A stretch of 64,000 nucleotides of DNA from Terriglobia bacterium (lineage in GTDB: Bacteria > Acidobacteriota > Terriglobia > JAIQFV01), in the NCBI GenBank assembly GCA_041494885.1, contig JBGQBO010000006.1:26776-90775 (forward strand). The letters run 5' to 3'. The stretch's first letter is position 1; each line of letters starts with the position of its first letter. The notes under the pieces were generated by a model. The model was not told the origin of the DNA and did not search any database. It worked only from the letters and a program-made list of their open reading frames with translations. Positions 48,242-58,565 of the stretch are shown here, piece by piece. The translations under genes were made by a program, and so were the position numbers.

Positions 48242-49075
48242 TTATGCTTTCTTAAAGAGGCGCGCCAGGGTTATACCGGACGATTTTTTCACTGCGGGCC
48301 TGTCCCAAGCTGTCGCGACGATTTTTTGGACCTGAAGCGGATCAGCGCCAGGGAGTGTGCGAAGCTTGAAGATCGTCTCCTTGAGTGCAGTCAACGTGCT
48401 GAGGCAGCATAGGCAGTTCGTGGTATGGCCGTCCGCCTTTTCTTTCTCTGACCAGAGCGCTTGCCCGTCAATGATCTTGCTCCACAACTTGACAGACACA
48501 CAGTCATCGCCCCTTTCGGAATCAATTTCGATGAGCAGTTGGGGGGGCATGAGGGGAATACGCTCATCCGACTGAGATGCCCACTTCATTCCAACATCGT
48601 TGGGCAGGGCTTTTGCCAGGATGGGTTCGGCCACCTCTGACCGCATCGATAAAATGTGCACCACTTCTTCTGCAGGGATATGACACAGGTGAAACCAGAT
48701 CAATTCCTGATGCAACAGGGGAGAGTTCTTGAGGAGCCTTGCCAGTTCATCCCGTTGAAGAGGGGAAGTAGCGGGAGGATTGCCCAGGATGGCCCGGGCA
48801 TAGCATCCCTCCAATGTCAAACGTCGCCACTCATACAGGAACTCGCGCTCCCACGTTCCCTGGAAGGTCGTCAGTAGGCCCCCCGGCCTGACAAGGGTGG
48901 TTCCGAGAAGCTCCCTGATGAGTTGATCGCGGCCTGGACTCAGCCATGGGAAATAATGGTCAACCCAAAATTCCAACAGCGGCAAGTAGCTTTGGACAAG
49001 CTGAATGCATGCGGAGAGGTCCCCCTCGCGGCAGCCTTCGAGCATCTCATGAAATGTGAAGCTTCGTTGGGGCAT
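48242..49075 (-). CDS. Hypothetical protein with ECF-sigma-factor-like N-terminus and Cys-rich C-terminus
   Basis: N-terminal GCREGDLSACIQLVQSYLPLLEFWVDHYF resembles ECF sigma region 2. Later HLCHIPAEEVVHILSM is region-4-like. C-terminal CLCCLS. Weak assignment. Confidence 0.35.
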   Translation of the reverse strand: MPQRSFTFHEMLEGCREGDLSACIQLVQSYLPLLEFWVDHYFPWLSPGRDQLIRELLGTTLVRPGGLLTTFQGTWEREFLYEWRRLTLEGCYARAILGNPPATSPLQRDELARLLKNSPLLHQELIWFHLCHIPAEEVVHILSMRSEVAEPILAKALPNDVGMKWASQSDERIPLMPPQLLIEIDSERGDDCVSVKLWSKIIDGQALWSEKEKADGHTTNCLCCLSTLTALKETIFKLRTLPGADPLQVQKIVATAWDRPAVKKSSGITLARLFKKA

Positions 49076-49203
49076 GATTACAAGAACCCCTCCCCTCTCA
49101 CAACTCTGGAATTTTTTCCGAAGGAACGCTATTGTAATGAGCTGGAATTCATTTGCAAGGCGAAATTAGCGAACGGTACAAAAAACAGCACAGTGGAGCC
49201 CAA

Positions 49204-50178
49204 ATGAAAATTGCGGTGATGGGAGCCGGGGGGGTAGGCGGTTATTTTGGAGGAGTGCTTGCCCGAGCAGGTGAGGAAATTCATTTTGCCGCCCGGGGCG
49301 AGCACCTGAAGGCGATGCTCGAGCATGGGTTGAAAATTGAGAGCGTGGCCGGAGGATTTGAAATCGAGATTAAACCGCCCCCGCCGCAATCGCCCCCCGA
49401 AGGTGCCCCGGGGGCAATTTCCCGGCGGCCTACCGCCTATGCCACCCACGATCCCCGGACCATCGGCCAGGTTGATCTGGTGCTGTTCTGTGTCAAGACC
49501 TACGACACGGAAGCGGCGTCCAAGGCTGCCTTTCCAATGGTGGGTCCATCGACGACGATCCTGTCCCTCCAGAATGGGGTCGATTCCGCGGATAAGTTGG
49601 GGCGGGACCACGGGCGCAATCATGTTCTTGGGGGGGCAACATACATCTACACTGCCCTGGCCGGTCCGGGGGTCATCAAGCACTCCGGAGGGCCTGGAAA
49701 AATAGTTTTTGGGGAACTCGACGGGCAGGTTTCCCAGCGCATGTCCCGCCTCCGGGAAACCTTTCAACGCGCCGGGATTACGCATGAGATTTCAAATGAC
49801 ATCCAGCGGGCACTCTGGGAAAAGTTTGCCATGATCTGCGCCAACGGTGGGATGAGTGCACTCACTCGGGCAACCCTCGGTGAAATGATGGAGATGGAAG
49901 AGACCCGCTCCATGATGGAAAAGGCCATGCGGGAAGTCGTCAATGTGGGAATAGCGGAGGGAATCCATCTTGATGGACGGCTTGTCGAAAAAACAATGAA
50001 GTTCCTCTCGACGCTCGAACCCCACGGGAGGGCTTCTCTCTATACAGATCTCGTGAACAAGCGGCGCATGGAGCTCGCGTCATTGAATGGCCGGGTCGTG
50101 CAGCTCGCCAAAAAGCACGGCATCCCGGTCCCCATGAATTTCGCTATTTATGCGGCCTTGCTCCCGCACTTGAAATAG
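49204..50178 (+). CDS. panE: 2-dehydropantoate 2-reductase (PanE/ApbA) with a proline-rich insertion
   Basis: MKIAVMGAGGVGGYFGG Rossmann; C-terminal ApbA domain. Inserted IKPPPPQSPPEGAPGAISRRP is not typical. Confidence 0.7.
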   Translation: MKIAVMGAGGVGGYFGGVLARAGEEIHFAARGEHLKAMLEHGLKIESVAGGFEIEIKPPPPQSPPEGAPGAISRRPTAYATHDPRTIGQVDLVLFCVKTYDTEAASKAAFPMVGPSTTILSLQNGVDSADKLGRDHGRNHVLGGATYIYTALAGPGVIKHSGGPGKIVFGELDGQVSQRMSRLRETFQRAGITHEISNDIQRALWEKFAMICANGGMSALTRATLGEMMEMEETRSMMEKAMREVVNVGIAEGIHLDGRLVEKTMKFLSTLEPHGRASLYTDLVNKRRMELASLNGRVVQLAKKHGIPVPMNFAIYAALLPHLK

Positions 50179-50318
50179 GGGAGCAATGGAGCGCGCTTTC
50201 GGAATCGGCCTGAGCCGGACATCTCTAATCCCACACTCCGAAAAGGACCTGACAAGAGCCCTAGATTTTGCCGGTATTCCTTTGCTGAATGCCCCGGGGT
50301 TCAACCTCGAGGTTCAGG

Positions 50319-50702
50319 TCAATGTATATGAGATGGGACCGCGGCGGGGCTTTTTCCGGGCTCTTCGAACAACTCCTCCAGCACTTCGAAGGCATACCGC
50401 AGATGGGGAATCACAATGCTCCCGCCCACGATGAGGGCGATATGCATGGCCTCATTTAGTTCTTTCCGCGAGCACCCCTCGGAGACACATCGATCGAGAT
50501 GATAGAAGATGCAGTCGTTGCAGCGCAGGACCATGGAGGCCACCAATCCCATCATTTCCTTGGTCCTAACATCCAAAGCGCCTTTCACATAGGCCCTCGC
50601 ATCCGCGGCGAAGAACTTGTTAAATTCCTGAAATCCGGAATTGAGGATTTTGTCATTCATATCACTGCGGTACTTGCGGGTCTTGGACACCGAACCTCTC
50701 AT
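50319..50702 (-). CDS. Carboxymuconolactone decarboxylase / AhpD-like family protein
   Basis: LRCNDCIFYH CMD core motif; start among several in-frame ATGs (50702 or 50660). Confidence 0.65.
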   Translation of the reverse strand: MRGSVSKTRKYRSDMNDKILNSGFQEFNKFFAADARAYVKGALDVRTKEMMGLVASMVLRCNDCIFYHLDRCVSEGCSRKELNEAMHIALIVGGSIVIPHLRYAFEVLEELFEEPGKSPAAVPSHIH

Positions 50703-50816
50703 CAGGCTCTCCTTTTGTGCGACCTCTTGCGCTCCGAGTTTCACCCCTTGCCCCGGGTCACACGTCACCGCCTGTCAGAATTCGAAGCGGGTGGAACAAG
50801 GCGTGGAAATACGGGG

Positions 50817-51104
50817 CTATTTCTTTCGGGAAGGGGATTTCTTGCCCGATGTGGAAGCATTATCCGGCGCCCCCGAGAAGCCTGACATGCCGGCCGCCAC
50901 CTGGTCAAAGAGGGATTGAACATGGGTCTTCTTCGGCTTTCCCCCTTTGCCCTCCCGGAAAGAATGCTCAAAGGAACACGTGTTGCATCTCACTTTCCTT
51001 ACTTCCCGACCGACAATGGCGACGATGCCGTGATCGAGAACCAGCTTGCATCGCACGCAGTAGTCTTCGATGGTATCTCCCAACCTCAGTTCGCGGTCAA
51101 ACAC
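50817..51104 (-). CDS. Small zinc-ribbon protein (CxxC-x22-CxxC) with Lys/Ser-rich tail
   Basis: 95 aa; YCVRCKLVLDHGIVAIVGREVRKVRCNTCSFEH. Confidence 0.45.
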   Translation of the reverse strand: MFDRELRLGDTIEDYCVRCKLVLDHGIVAIVGREVRKVRCNTCSFEHSFREGKGGKPKKTHVQSLFDQVAAGMSGFSGAPDNASTSGKKSPSRKK

Positions 51105-51172
51105 CGTGCACCCCCTGAAAGCGCATTGGACTCACATTACCACACAATCCCAGCCAAAAAAAACGACCGAAA

Positions 51173-52285
51173 TCATGATGGGGAAGCTTCTGTCAACTGC
51201 AGCGATTGATTCAGGACGGGATCGCGTCGCACTCGCCAAATCTTGGCATCAAGATAGTAATGCGTGAAGGCATATCCCCAGAAAAACGCGGCTGCGATCG
51301 ACTGCACTGTCATGTAGTTGTTAGTCGACCCTACATAAGAGCGGGGCAACTGGTAGAGGAAATTAAACAGCAATCCGAAAATAGCATATCGAAGGAACGT
51401 CTTGTTGGCAAACACCGCCCACCCGTAATGGCGTTCTGCCTCCGGTTTTTGATATTTGTTGGAGTTATGAAACCACACGAGTCGGTGGTACTGGATGTTA
51501 TGTGGGAGGGTGAGCAGTGGAACCAGCGCCAAAGGGGTCATGTTCGCACGGACCACCGATGAGATCACGATCCAATGCAAGGGGATGTAAGCGGCGAGGA
51601 GCAGATACTTGGGAAGGTTGACTTGATCCCGCCGGAGTAAGCGCTGAACCTGGCGCACCCCCCACAGGAATATCACCCCCAGCATTGCTGCGAACAAGAC
51701 ACGCAACATCACCGATTCGAAGGCCCCCCCCAGACTTAATGGTAGGTATGCGTGCGCGGGCGGGTAAGTTACAATCATCCAGACGAAGGGATAACCCAGC
51801 AGGAATACAAGGAAGATTCGATCCAGGGCATTGTCGTAGGAGGCCAGGTCACCGTTCTTCTTCTTGTAAAGCACCATGAAGCCGTAATGCTGTTTGACCA
51901 GGTGGTAGTAAGCCCAAATGTTCGCAAAAAAGAAAAAGGATTTCGCAAAAATATCCCGGTGGAACCACTGGGTTGACAGAACCAAAGCCGGGCCGAGGAC
52001 AAACCAGAAGGCACATCCGTAAAGGAGTCGGGCCCGTTGCTTCCTCTCCTCGGCATCCAGATAGGTTCGCGAGAAGGTCGCCCACACATGGGGGCCATCA
52101 AAAACGATGGCCCAGACAAAGACGAGAAAAAGCAGGGGGACGCCCCACACCCGATTCATGAGCAACAGTGCATACCCAGAGGCCACGCTGCCAATAAAGT
52201 ACACCAGATCGTCATTGGCGCTGATGATCCAACCCGCCTTAAATAGGCTGGCGGGTGCTCGCCATGTCGTCGCCTGACTCGACAT
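51173..52285 (-). CDS. Integral membrane protein with His-box motifs (fatty-acid hydroxylase/desaturase-like?), unknown function
   Basis: 370 aa, multiple TM helices; HLVKQH and HNIQYHRLVWFHN histidine clusters. Confidence 0.45.
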   Translation of the reverse strand: MSSQATTWRAPASLFKAGWIISANDDLVYFIGSVASGYALLLMNRVWGVPLLFLVFVWAIVFDGPHVWATFSRTYLDAEERKQRARLLYGCAFWFVLGPALVLSTQWFHRDIFAKSFFFFANIWAYYHLVKQHYGFMVLYKKKNGDLASYDNALDRIFLVFLLGYPFVWMIVTYPPAHAYLPLSLGGAFESVMLRVLFAAMLGVIFLWGVRQVQRLLRRDQVNLPKYLLLAAYIPLHWIVISSVVRANMTPLALVPLLTLPHNIQYHRLVWFHNSNKYQKPEAERHYGWAVFANKTFLRYAIFGLLFNFLYQLPRSYVGSTNNYMTVQSIAAAFFWGYAFTHYYLDAKIWRVRRDPVLNQSLQLTEASPS

Positions 52286-52482
52286 TCAAATGGCCCCCAC
52301 GTTGCTGTGAAAGGGACGAGGGTGGAGTCCAACGCCTCAATCGTCCCCCGGGTCCTCCACGCGTCCACGGAGGGGGAGGCGGTGCGGGGATCACGGAGAC
52401 GATCCAGTGGCCGTTCCCCTGGTCCTCAACACTGAAATGGCACGAGGCCTCCATGGGATCCACGGCCGAGGTCTCTCGAAAA

Positions 52483-53400
52483 TTACTGAGAGGGCCGGGG
52501 ATTCTCGGAAGCGAGTTTGACATCCTTTGGAACGCTCAAGTATCCGGTGACCGTCGTTTTGCCCACCTGGTAGATCACGATCTCATAGCGCAAACGGTCC
52601 TTCCCCACCAGGAATTGAACGGGCTCGTCGACCGTCTTGTCCTTCTTCTCCAAAGAGTTGTCATCGACCGACACCATCAGGGAATATTTCTTCTTCTTTT
52701 GATCCAGCTTGGTCAATCGAAGCGCCAGGTCCCCCACCTTCTTGAATCCCTGTTTTTTGTCGAGCTCAAACTCGACGTAGTTCCGTTCGCCCTTGCGCCG
52801 GAGATCGCCCAACTCGCTCGAATTATGCGCGATCTGGGAGCTCAAGGTGTCGCGCACATCCAGGAGTTCGCGACGGGCCGCTTCCAGATCCTTCTTGGTT
52901 TTCTCGACGTCGGTTTTGACATTGGTGACTTCCCCACTCACCGCGCCAATCTTCGAACTGGTTTCCTCTTTCAGTTGGCTGACCTGGGTGGTTTCCGCCT
53001 TTTTCGAAAGCTGCGCCTTCAGCTCCTGGGCGGATTTCTGCTGCTCGCGCTGCATTTGCTCAGCCTGGGCGCGTGCCGCATCCAACTCGCGTTGTGTGAT
53101 GCCCAGTTTCTCTTTGACCACGCTGAAGTCGGCACCCAGATTCAGGACCCGTCGATCGGCGGCATCCAAACCCTTGGTCAGTGAGGCGATATCTTCATTG
53201 CTCTTTTGCAGTGACTTTTTGGCGCCATTCAAATCAAACGCGACATAGGCAAGTAACAAGAGCGATACCACCGCAACAATCAGGCTGATGATGCCGAGCG
53301 GGCCCGAAGAGCCGGAGGGGGGCTTGGCAACCGGAGCAACAGGCGAAGAAGGTGGCCGTTGCCCGCTGTCCATAGGTTTTCCATCCAATAACGTATTCAT
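52483..53400 (-). CDS. Membrane-anchored coiled-coil protein, unknown function
   Basis: Pro/Ser-rich N-terminus, one TM (IISLIVAVVSLLLLAYVAF), then a long heptad-rich Lys/Glu region. Confidence 0.5.
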   Translation of the reverse strand: MNTLLDGKPMDSGQRPPSSPVAPVAKPPSGSSGPLGIISLIVAVVSLLLLAYVAFDLNGAKKSLQKSNEDIASLTKGLDAADRRVLNLGADFSVVKEKLGITQRELDAARAQAEQMQREQQKSAQELKAQLSKKAETTQVSQLKEETSSKIGAVSGEVTNVKTDVEKTKKDLEAARRELLDVRDTLSSQIAHNSSELGDLRRKGERNYVEFELDKKQGFKKVGDLALRLTKLDQKKKKYSLMVSVDDNSLEKKDKTVDEPVQFLVGKDRLRYEIVIYQVGKTTVTGYLSVPKDVKLASENPRPSQ

Positions 53401-53535
53401 GCGATTATCCTTTCAATTGGCGAAAAGCGGTTCGAATGCAAACTGTCAACATCGATTTTCACACAGGAAAGAGAGGCTCAAATTATAACGTGGAATCCGC
53501 ACAGAGGCAAACATCTGTTAAGGGACGCTGAGGGC

Positions 53536-54159
53536 CTATCCCTGGGTTTCCTCGCGAGGCTGTTCGTCGAGCCATTCCTTCAACGCTCCCTTCCCGTTGG
53601 CGATAAATCCCTTCTTAAGGGAGGCGTGGGCGGGAATAACGATGTTAAAGGGGTAGGTCAACAACTTTCGGGCGCTTTCAAGCTGCCGCTCCCAATTCCA
53701 AGTCCACTCGAAGCGAACGGGACGCACCAACCCATGGTCATTTCCAAGGAGGTGATCGCCACAGAAAAGAATTCCCCCCTCAATGTTCAGCAGGAGGCAC
53801 GAGGTTCCGGGGCTGTGGCCGGGGGTGTGGATCAAGGTCACTTCCTGATCAAACTGAAAATCGTCCTCATAGGAGATATCCACACCGCACGGCACATGGC
53901 TGCGTTCACTCTCGTGCATGAGGATACGGGCGTCAAAGTGTTTTTTGAACTTGCACGCATCGCCCACATCGTCCCGATGACTCAGAAAAATGTACCGGGC
54001 TCCCCCAAAAAACTCCAGTTCAGCGAGCATTCGAGGGATGAATTCCGGAACCTCAACAAGGATATTCCCTCGTTCTGAAAGAATGAGATAGGCATTGGCC
54101 TCGTACGTCTTGGGGCTGGAGAATTCACAGGAATAAATGCGGGGAAGTATTTCTCTCAT
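53536..54159 (-). CDS. MBL-fold metallo-hydrolase
   Basis: HTPGHSPG and SHRDDVGD metallo-beta-lactamase motifs. Confidence 0.75.
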   Translation of the reverse strand: MREILPRIYSCEFSSPKTYEANAYLILSERGNILVEVPEFIPRMLAELEFFGGARYIFLSHRDDVGDACKFKKHFDARILMHESERSHVPCGVDISYEDDFQFDQEVTLIHTPGHSPGTSCLLLNIEGGILFCGDHLLGNDHGLVRPVRFEWTWNWERQLESARKLLTYPFNIVIPAHASLKKGFIANGKGALKEWLDEQPREETQG

Positions 54160-54166
54160 GGGTCGA

Positions 54167-54697
54167 CTAGAAGTTTTCCAGAATAGCGCTCACCAGGGTC
54201 TGGGCGAACTGATGGGCCAGTCGATCCAGCGCGGCGCTGTCTTCCTGGAAAAACTGGGATGGATCGCGGCTGATTTCGTATTCTTCACGAAAGGAAAAGT
54301 TCTTATTCTGATAGTACGTGGTCTTCTTGAGGGGATCGGTCATAGTCACAGAGATCCCGACGCTGACCAGGAATGTGGTGGCCCGGCCTGACGGATCGAA
54401 GATCACCGGCGTCGCCCCCAGATTCATGACCCGCCCGGAAATCACCGCATCGGCGCCGTTTTCAGACGAAACAATCCTGTACTTCGTCCGTGCAATGAAT
54501 TCTTCAATCAGCGCGCGCGTCAGCCGCTGCTCCACTTTGAAATAGGTAGTGTTGTTGGAGAAGGTCGGAATCGCAATGGTCTGAATGTTGGAGGGGAGCT
54601 TCGTGGTCTTGCCGGCGAGATGGTAACCGCAACCCGCCCCAAGAGCGAGAAGCAGAAGAAGGGACAGCCGAGGGGCAAGGACAGTCAAACCACGCAT
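54167..54697 (-). CDS. lptE: LPS-assembly lipoprotein LptE
   Basis: Signal peptide plus lipobox LALGAGCGYHLAG; located immediately downstream of leuS, the conserved leuS-lptE arrangement. Confidence 0.7.
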   Translation of the reverse strand: MRGLTVLAPRLSLLLLLALGAGCGYHLAGKTTKLPSNIQTIAIPTFSNNTTYFKVEQRLTRALIEEFIARTKYRIVSSENGADAVISGRVMNLGATPVIFDPSGRATTFLVSVGISVTMTDPLKKTTYYQNKNFSFREEYEISRDPSQFFQEDSAALDRLAHQFAQTLVSAILENF

Positions 54698-54866
54698 GAG
54701 ACTCCCTCCCGAGATTGAAGGGTTCCATTCTTTGAAACCCACACGCCATTTCAACATCCTTTTGCTCCCGGCCGGGGACGACCTTCGAACCCAGCCTCCA
54801 TCCTTCGACGAGTGCAGCATTCTAAACAATTCCCTGTCAAGACTCGGCGCGACTTGTCATCCCGCG

Positions 54867-57359
54867 TCACTTCACGACGATATTGACAAGCCGTTTAGGA
54901 ACCACGATGACCTTCACCACCGTCTTGTCCCCCACCCAGGATTTCACCTTGGTATCCCCCAGGGCCCGCTGTTTGATTTCATCCTCGGAAACGTCAGCGG
55001 ACACCAGGATACGACCCCGCACCTTTCCGTTGATTTGGATGGGGATCTCAATTTCCTCTTCGGCGGCCAGCGCCTCACTATATTCCGGCCAGGCCGCAAC
55101 GGTCAGCCGTTCGGAGTGACCGACCAGTTCCCACATTTCTTCGGCGATATGCGGGGCAAACACGGACAGCATCCGGATCAAAGCCTCGCAGCTCTCTTTG
55201 AAAACCATCCGGCCTCCAGGGTTTTCAAGCTCCTTCGCGTCCATGTCTGACATCTTGTTGTTGAGCTCCATCATCGCGGCGATGGACACATTGAAATGAA
55301 GGCGATGTTCCAGGTCGTTGCTGACGCGCTTGATCGTCTGATGCATCTTCCGGCGCAGTGCCTTCGCCGGAGCCGTCAACGAGGACTCCTGCAGGGTTCC
55401 AGAAAATCCCTTCATCCAATCCACATTCTGGACGACCAACCTGAAAACCTTCTGGAGGAACTTGAACATCCCTGCCACGGCCGCCTCATCCCAATCCAAC
55501 TCCTTTTCCGGAGGCACAGCAAAGAGAATAAACATGCGGGCCGTATCGGCGCCGAAGTCCGAGACAATCTCGTCGGGATCAACAATATTCCCCTTCGACT
55601 TGGACATAACGGCGCCGTCTTTCAAGACCATCCCCAGGTGAAAAAGATTCGCGATGGGCTCATCCACCTTCACCACGCCCAGGTCACGCATCATTTTCGT
55701 CCAGAAACGTGAATAAATCAGGTGCAGGATGGCGTGTTCGATGCCGCCGATATACAAATCGATGGGAAACCAATGATCGATCAATTGTTGCGAAAACGAG
55801 CGGGTCGAGTTACGAGGGTCGCAATAGCGGAAGAAATACCACGACGAATCCACGAAGGTATCCATGGTGTCACTGTCACGCCGTGCCACACCGCCACACT
55901 TCGGGCATTGTACATTGATGAATTCCGGGACGCCGGCCAGCGGTGAGCCTCCGGCCCCGGTAAATCGCTCGACCTTCGGCAGAACGACCGGTAAGTCTTT
56001 TTCAGGCACGGGAACAATTCCGCAGTGCTCACAGTGGATCATCGGAATCGGGGTTCCCCAATAGCGCTGCCGGGAAACTCCCCAGTCCTTGATTCGAAAA
56101 TGGATTGCGGCCTTCCCGAATCCTCCCCGTTCCGCCTTTGCGGTCATCTCCGTGCGCGCCTCGCGAGAGGAGCGTCCGGAAAACTCCGCGGATGCAACCA
56201 GAACGCCATCTTCCACAAACGCCTCGTGCATCTCACCCAGGGCCAGCGAGCGCTCCTGGTTTTGAACCACCAAGCGAACGGGAAGCTTATATTTCAGAGC
56301 AAATTCAAAATCGCGCTGATCATGTGCCGGCACCGACATCACGGCGCCGGTCCCATATTCCATCACAACAAAATTCGCGACCCAGACCGGCATCCGCTCC
56401 GCGGAAACAGGGTTGATGGCGTACCGGCCCGTGAAGATGCCCTCTTTTTCCTGGAGGGCAGACACCCGGTTGATCTTGTCTTCCCGCTTGATCCTTTCGC
56501 AGAAACCCAAAACCTGCTTCTCCTCAGGTTGACCCGCGACGAGTTCCGCCACCAGCGGATGTTCGGGGGCCAGCACCATATAGGTCGCACCAAAAATCGT
56601 GTCGATCCTCGTGGTAAAGACCGGAATACGGCTCGAGCTATTCTCAACAGGAAAATCGATGTTTGCTCCGACGGATTTGCCAATCCAGTTTCTCTGCATC
56701 AACAGGGTCCGCTCAGGGAATCCGGTCAGCTTGTCGAGATAGGCATCCAATTCGTCCGCGTAGTCGGTGATCTTCAAAAACCACTGTTCAAGTTCACGCA
56801 GCTCCACGAGGGTGTCCTCATGGCGCCAGCAACATCCCCCCACCACCTGCTCGTTCGCCAGAGTCGTTTGACATTGCGGGCACCAGTTGACCGCACTCTT
56901 TTTCCGGTAGGCCAGGCCCCGCTCAAACATCTTGAGGAAGAACCACTGATTCCACTTGTAATATTCCACATCACAGGTGGCAAACTCCCGTGTCCAGTCC
57001 ACACTGAAGCCGAGCCTTTGCAACTGCTGCTTCATGTTAGCGATGCATTGTCGCGTCCACACCTCCGGATGAATCTGGTGCTTGATGGCAGCATTTTCAG
57101 CCGGCAAACCAAAGGCGTCCCATCCCACCGGGTGGAGGACATTGAACCCCTGCATCCGCTTGTATCGGGCGACCGCGTCCACCAGCGAGTAGTTCCGCAC
57201 ATGACCCATATGGATGTTGCCCGATGGGTATGCAAACATTTCCAGGGTATAAAATTTCGGCTTGGTTGATTGCGGGTCGACTTCAAAATCGCGGCCTTCG
57301 ATCCAAGCCCTCTGCCACTTGGGTTCAATTTGGTGAGGATCGTATCTTCTCTCAGCCAT
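54867..57359 (-). CDS. leuS: Leucyl-tRNA synthetase LeuS
   Basis: HMGH and KMSKS class-I motifs (PSGNIHMGHVRNY; VLKDGAVMSKSKGN); full-length LeuS colinearity. ATG 57359 (MAERRYDPHQIEPKWQ) preferred over upstream in-frame start. Confidence 0.95.
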   Translation of the reverse strand: MAERRYDPHQIEPKWQRAWIEGRDFEVDPQSTKPKFYTLEMFAYPSGNIHMGHVRNYSLVDAVARYKRMQGFNVLHPVGWDAFGLPAENAAIKHQIHPEVWTRQCIANMKQQLQRLGFSVDWTREFATCDVEYYKWNQWFFLKMFERGLAYRKKSAVNWCPQCQTTLANEQVVGGCCWRHEDTLVELRELEQWFLKITDYADELDAYLDKLTGFPERTLLMQRNWIGKSVGANIDFPVENSSSRIPVFTTRIDTIFGATYMVLAPEHPLVAELVAGQPEEKQVLGFCERIKREDKINRVSALQEKEGIFTGRYAINPVSAERMPVWVANFVVMEYGTGAVMSVPAHDQRDFEFALKYKLPVRLVVQNQERSLALGEMHEAFVEDGVLVASAEFSGRSSREARTEMTAKAERGGFGKAAIHFRIKDWGVSRQRYWGTPIPMIHCEHCGIVPVPEKDLPVVLPKVERFTGAGGSPLAGVPEFINVQCPKCGGVARRDSDTMDTFVDSSWYFFRYCDPRNSTRSFSQQLIDHWFPIDLYIGGIEHAILHLIYSRFWTKMMRDLGVVKVDEPIANLFHLGMVLKDGAVMSKSKGNIVDPDEIVSDFGADTARMFILFAVPPEKELDWDEAAVAGMFKFLQKVFRLVVQNVDWMKGFSGTLQESSLTAPAKALRRKMHQTIKRVSNDLEHRLHFNVSIAAMMELNNKMSDMDAKELENPGGRMVFKESCEALIRMLSVFAPHIAEEMWELVGHSERLTVAAWPEYSEALAAEEEIEIPIQINGKVRGRILVSADVSEDEIKQRALGDTKVKSWVGDKTVVKVIVVPKRLVNIVVK

Positions 57360-57594
57360 AATAATGCTCTTCAGCAGCCTATCTACAGGATCTATGCCGA
57401 TAAAGGCAGGCACACCCTTTCGCAAAGAAGCCAGGAACACAGGAAGTTAAGAACCTTCGCTCTGACAAAAACTAGATGATCTGAGACTCCTCTGCTGACG
57501 ACAAATCCCCTGGCTTTTCGTGTTTCTAATAAGACCCGGTTTGGGTTCCCGCCCATTTACACCAGGAGTTTGAGGGACGCCATTTGGAAACACT

Positions 57595-58479
57595 CTAAGC
57601 ACGGTGAATCCTTTTCCCTTTTCCATTCGGCCGTCCCATCAAGGACCGTAGGACTTTCAGGTTGTGGCGATCATCCCCCGGCTTGTCGATGGGCGTCTCC
57701 AGGATGAACGGAAGCCCTCTAAAGGCGGGATGATTTACGAGTCGCCCGAAGGCTCGCTGTCCAATCCTCCCCCGCCCGATATGCTCGTGCCGATCGACCC
57801 GACTTCCCAGGGATACCTTGGAATCATTGGCGTGGATGACCTTGATCTCCTCCAGGCCCATAGTTTTTTCGAGATAGCCGACCGTTTTCTCCAGCCCCTT
57901 GGACTCTGCAATGTCATATCCAGCCGCAAAGGTGTGTTGAGTGTCAAGACAGCATCCCATTCTCAAATTCTTCTTCCGGGCAGCCGCGATGATGCGCGAC
58001 ACCTCCGCAAAATCAGAACCCAGGGCTGACCCCATCCCCGCGGTGTTTTCGACGAGGATCGTCACCCCCTCAAGCACCAGCCCTTTCGCTGCTTCTTCCA
58101 GCCCGGCGACCGTTCTTTCGATCCCTTTTTCCCGCCCCAGGGATCGGGGATTCCCCGGATGAAAGACCAGGTAATCGGCACCCAGGCGCTCCGCCCGCAT
58201 AAGCTCGTCACGAAAAGCAAGGACTGATTTCTTCCAGATCTCCCCGTTTTCGGCCGCGAGATTCACCAGGTAGCAGTCATGAATGACAAGGGGCGAAAGT
58301 CCTGTACGCCTCCGTTCCAAGACAAAAGCTTCTGCCTCAGACGGTACCAAGGGGGGAGCCCACCAACCCCGAGGGTTGCGCGAAAACATCTGGAAGCAAT
58401 CACAGTCCAGCTCTTCCGCGCTCAGCACTGCGTTCTTAATCGTCCCTGAAATGGATGTATGTATGCCGAGAATACCCAT
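57595..58479 (-). CDS. nfo: Endonuclease IV (Nfo), AP endonuclease family 2
   Basis: TIM-barrel AP-endonuclease motifs (HDCYLVNL, ETP); start MGILGIHTS chosen. Confidence 0.8.
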   Translation of the reverse strand: MGILGIHTSISGTIKNAVLSAEELDCDCFQMFSRNPRGWWAPPLVPSEAEAFVLERRRTGLSPLVIHDCYLVNLAAENGEIWKKSVLAFRDELMRAERLGADYLVFHPGNPRSLGREKGIERTVAGLEEAAKGLVLEGVTILVENTAGMGSALGSDFAEVSRIIAAARKKNLRMGCCLDTQHTFAAGYDIAESKGLEKTVGYLEKTMGLEEIKVIHANDSKVSLGSRVDRHEHIGRGRIGQRAFGRLVNHPAFRGLPFILETPIDKPGDDRHNLKVLRSLMGRPNGKGKRIHRA

Positions 58480-58533
58480 ATGTAGAGCGCAGAAAGAGCG
58501 GTTGAGTGTAACAAAGGGGTGGGGGGGCGTCAA

Positions 58534-58563
58534 GATTACGGGAGCGCCGATTACGGGAGCGCC
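58534..58563 (+). repeat. Perfect tandem duplication of 15 bp (gattacgggagcgcc x2) abutting the MITE-like element
   Basis: Read directly. Confidence 0.7.
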
Positions 58564-58565
58564 GG

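Noticed and set aside
56025-57269. 414-aa plus-strand ORF
   Set aside because: Antisense to leuS.
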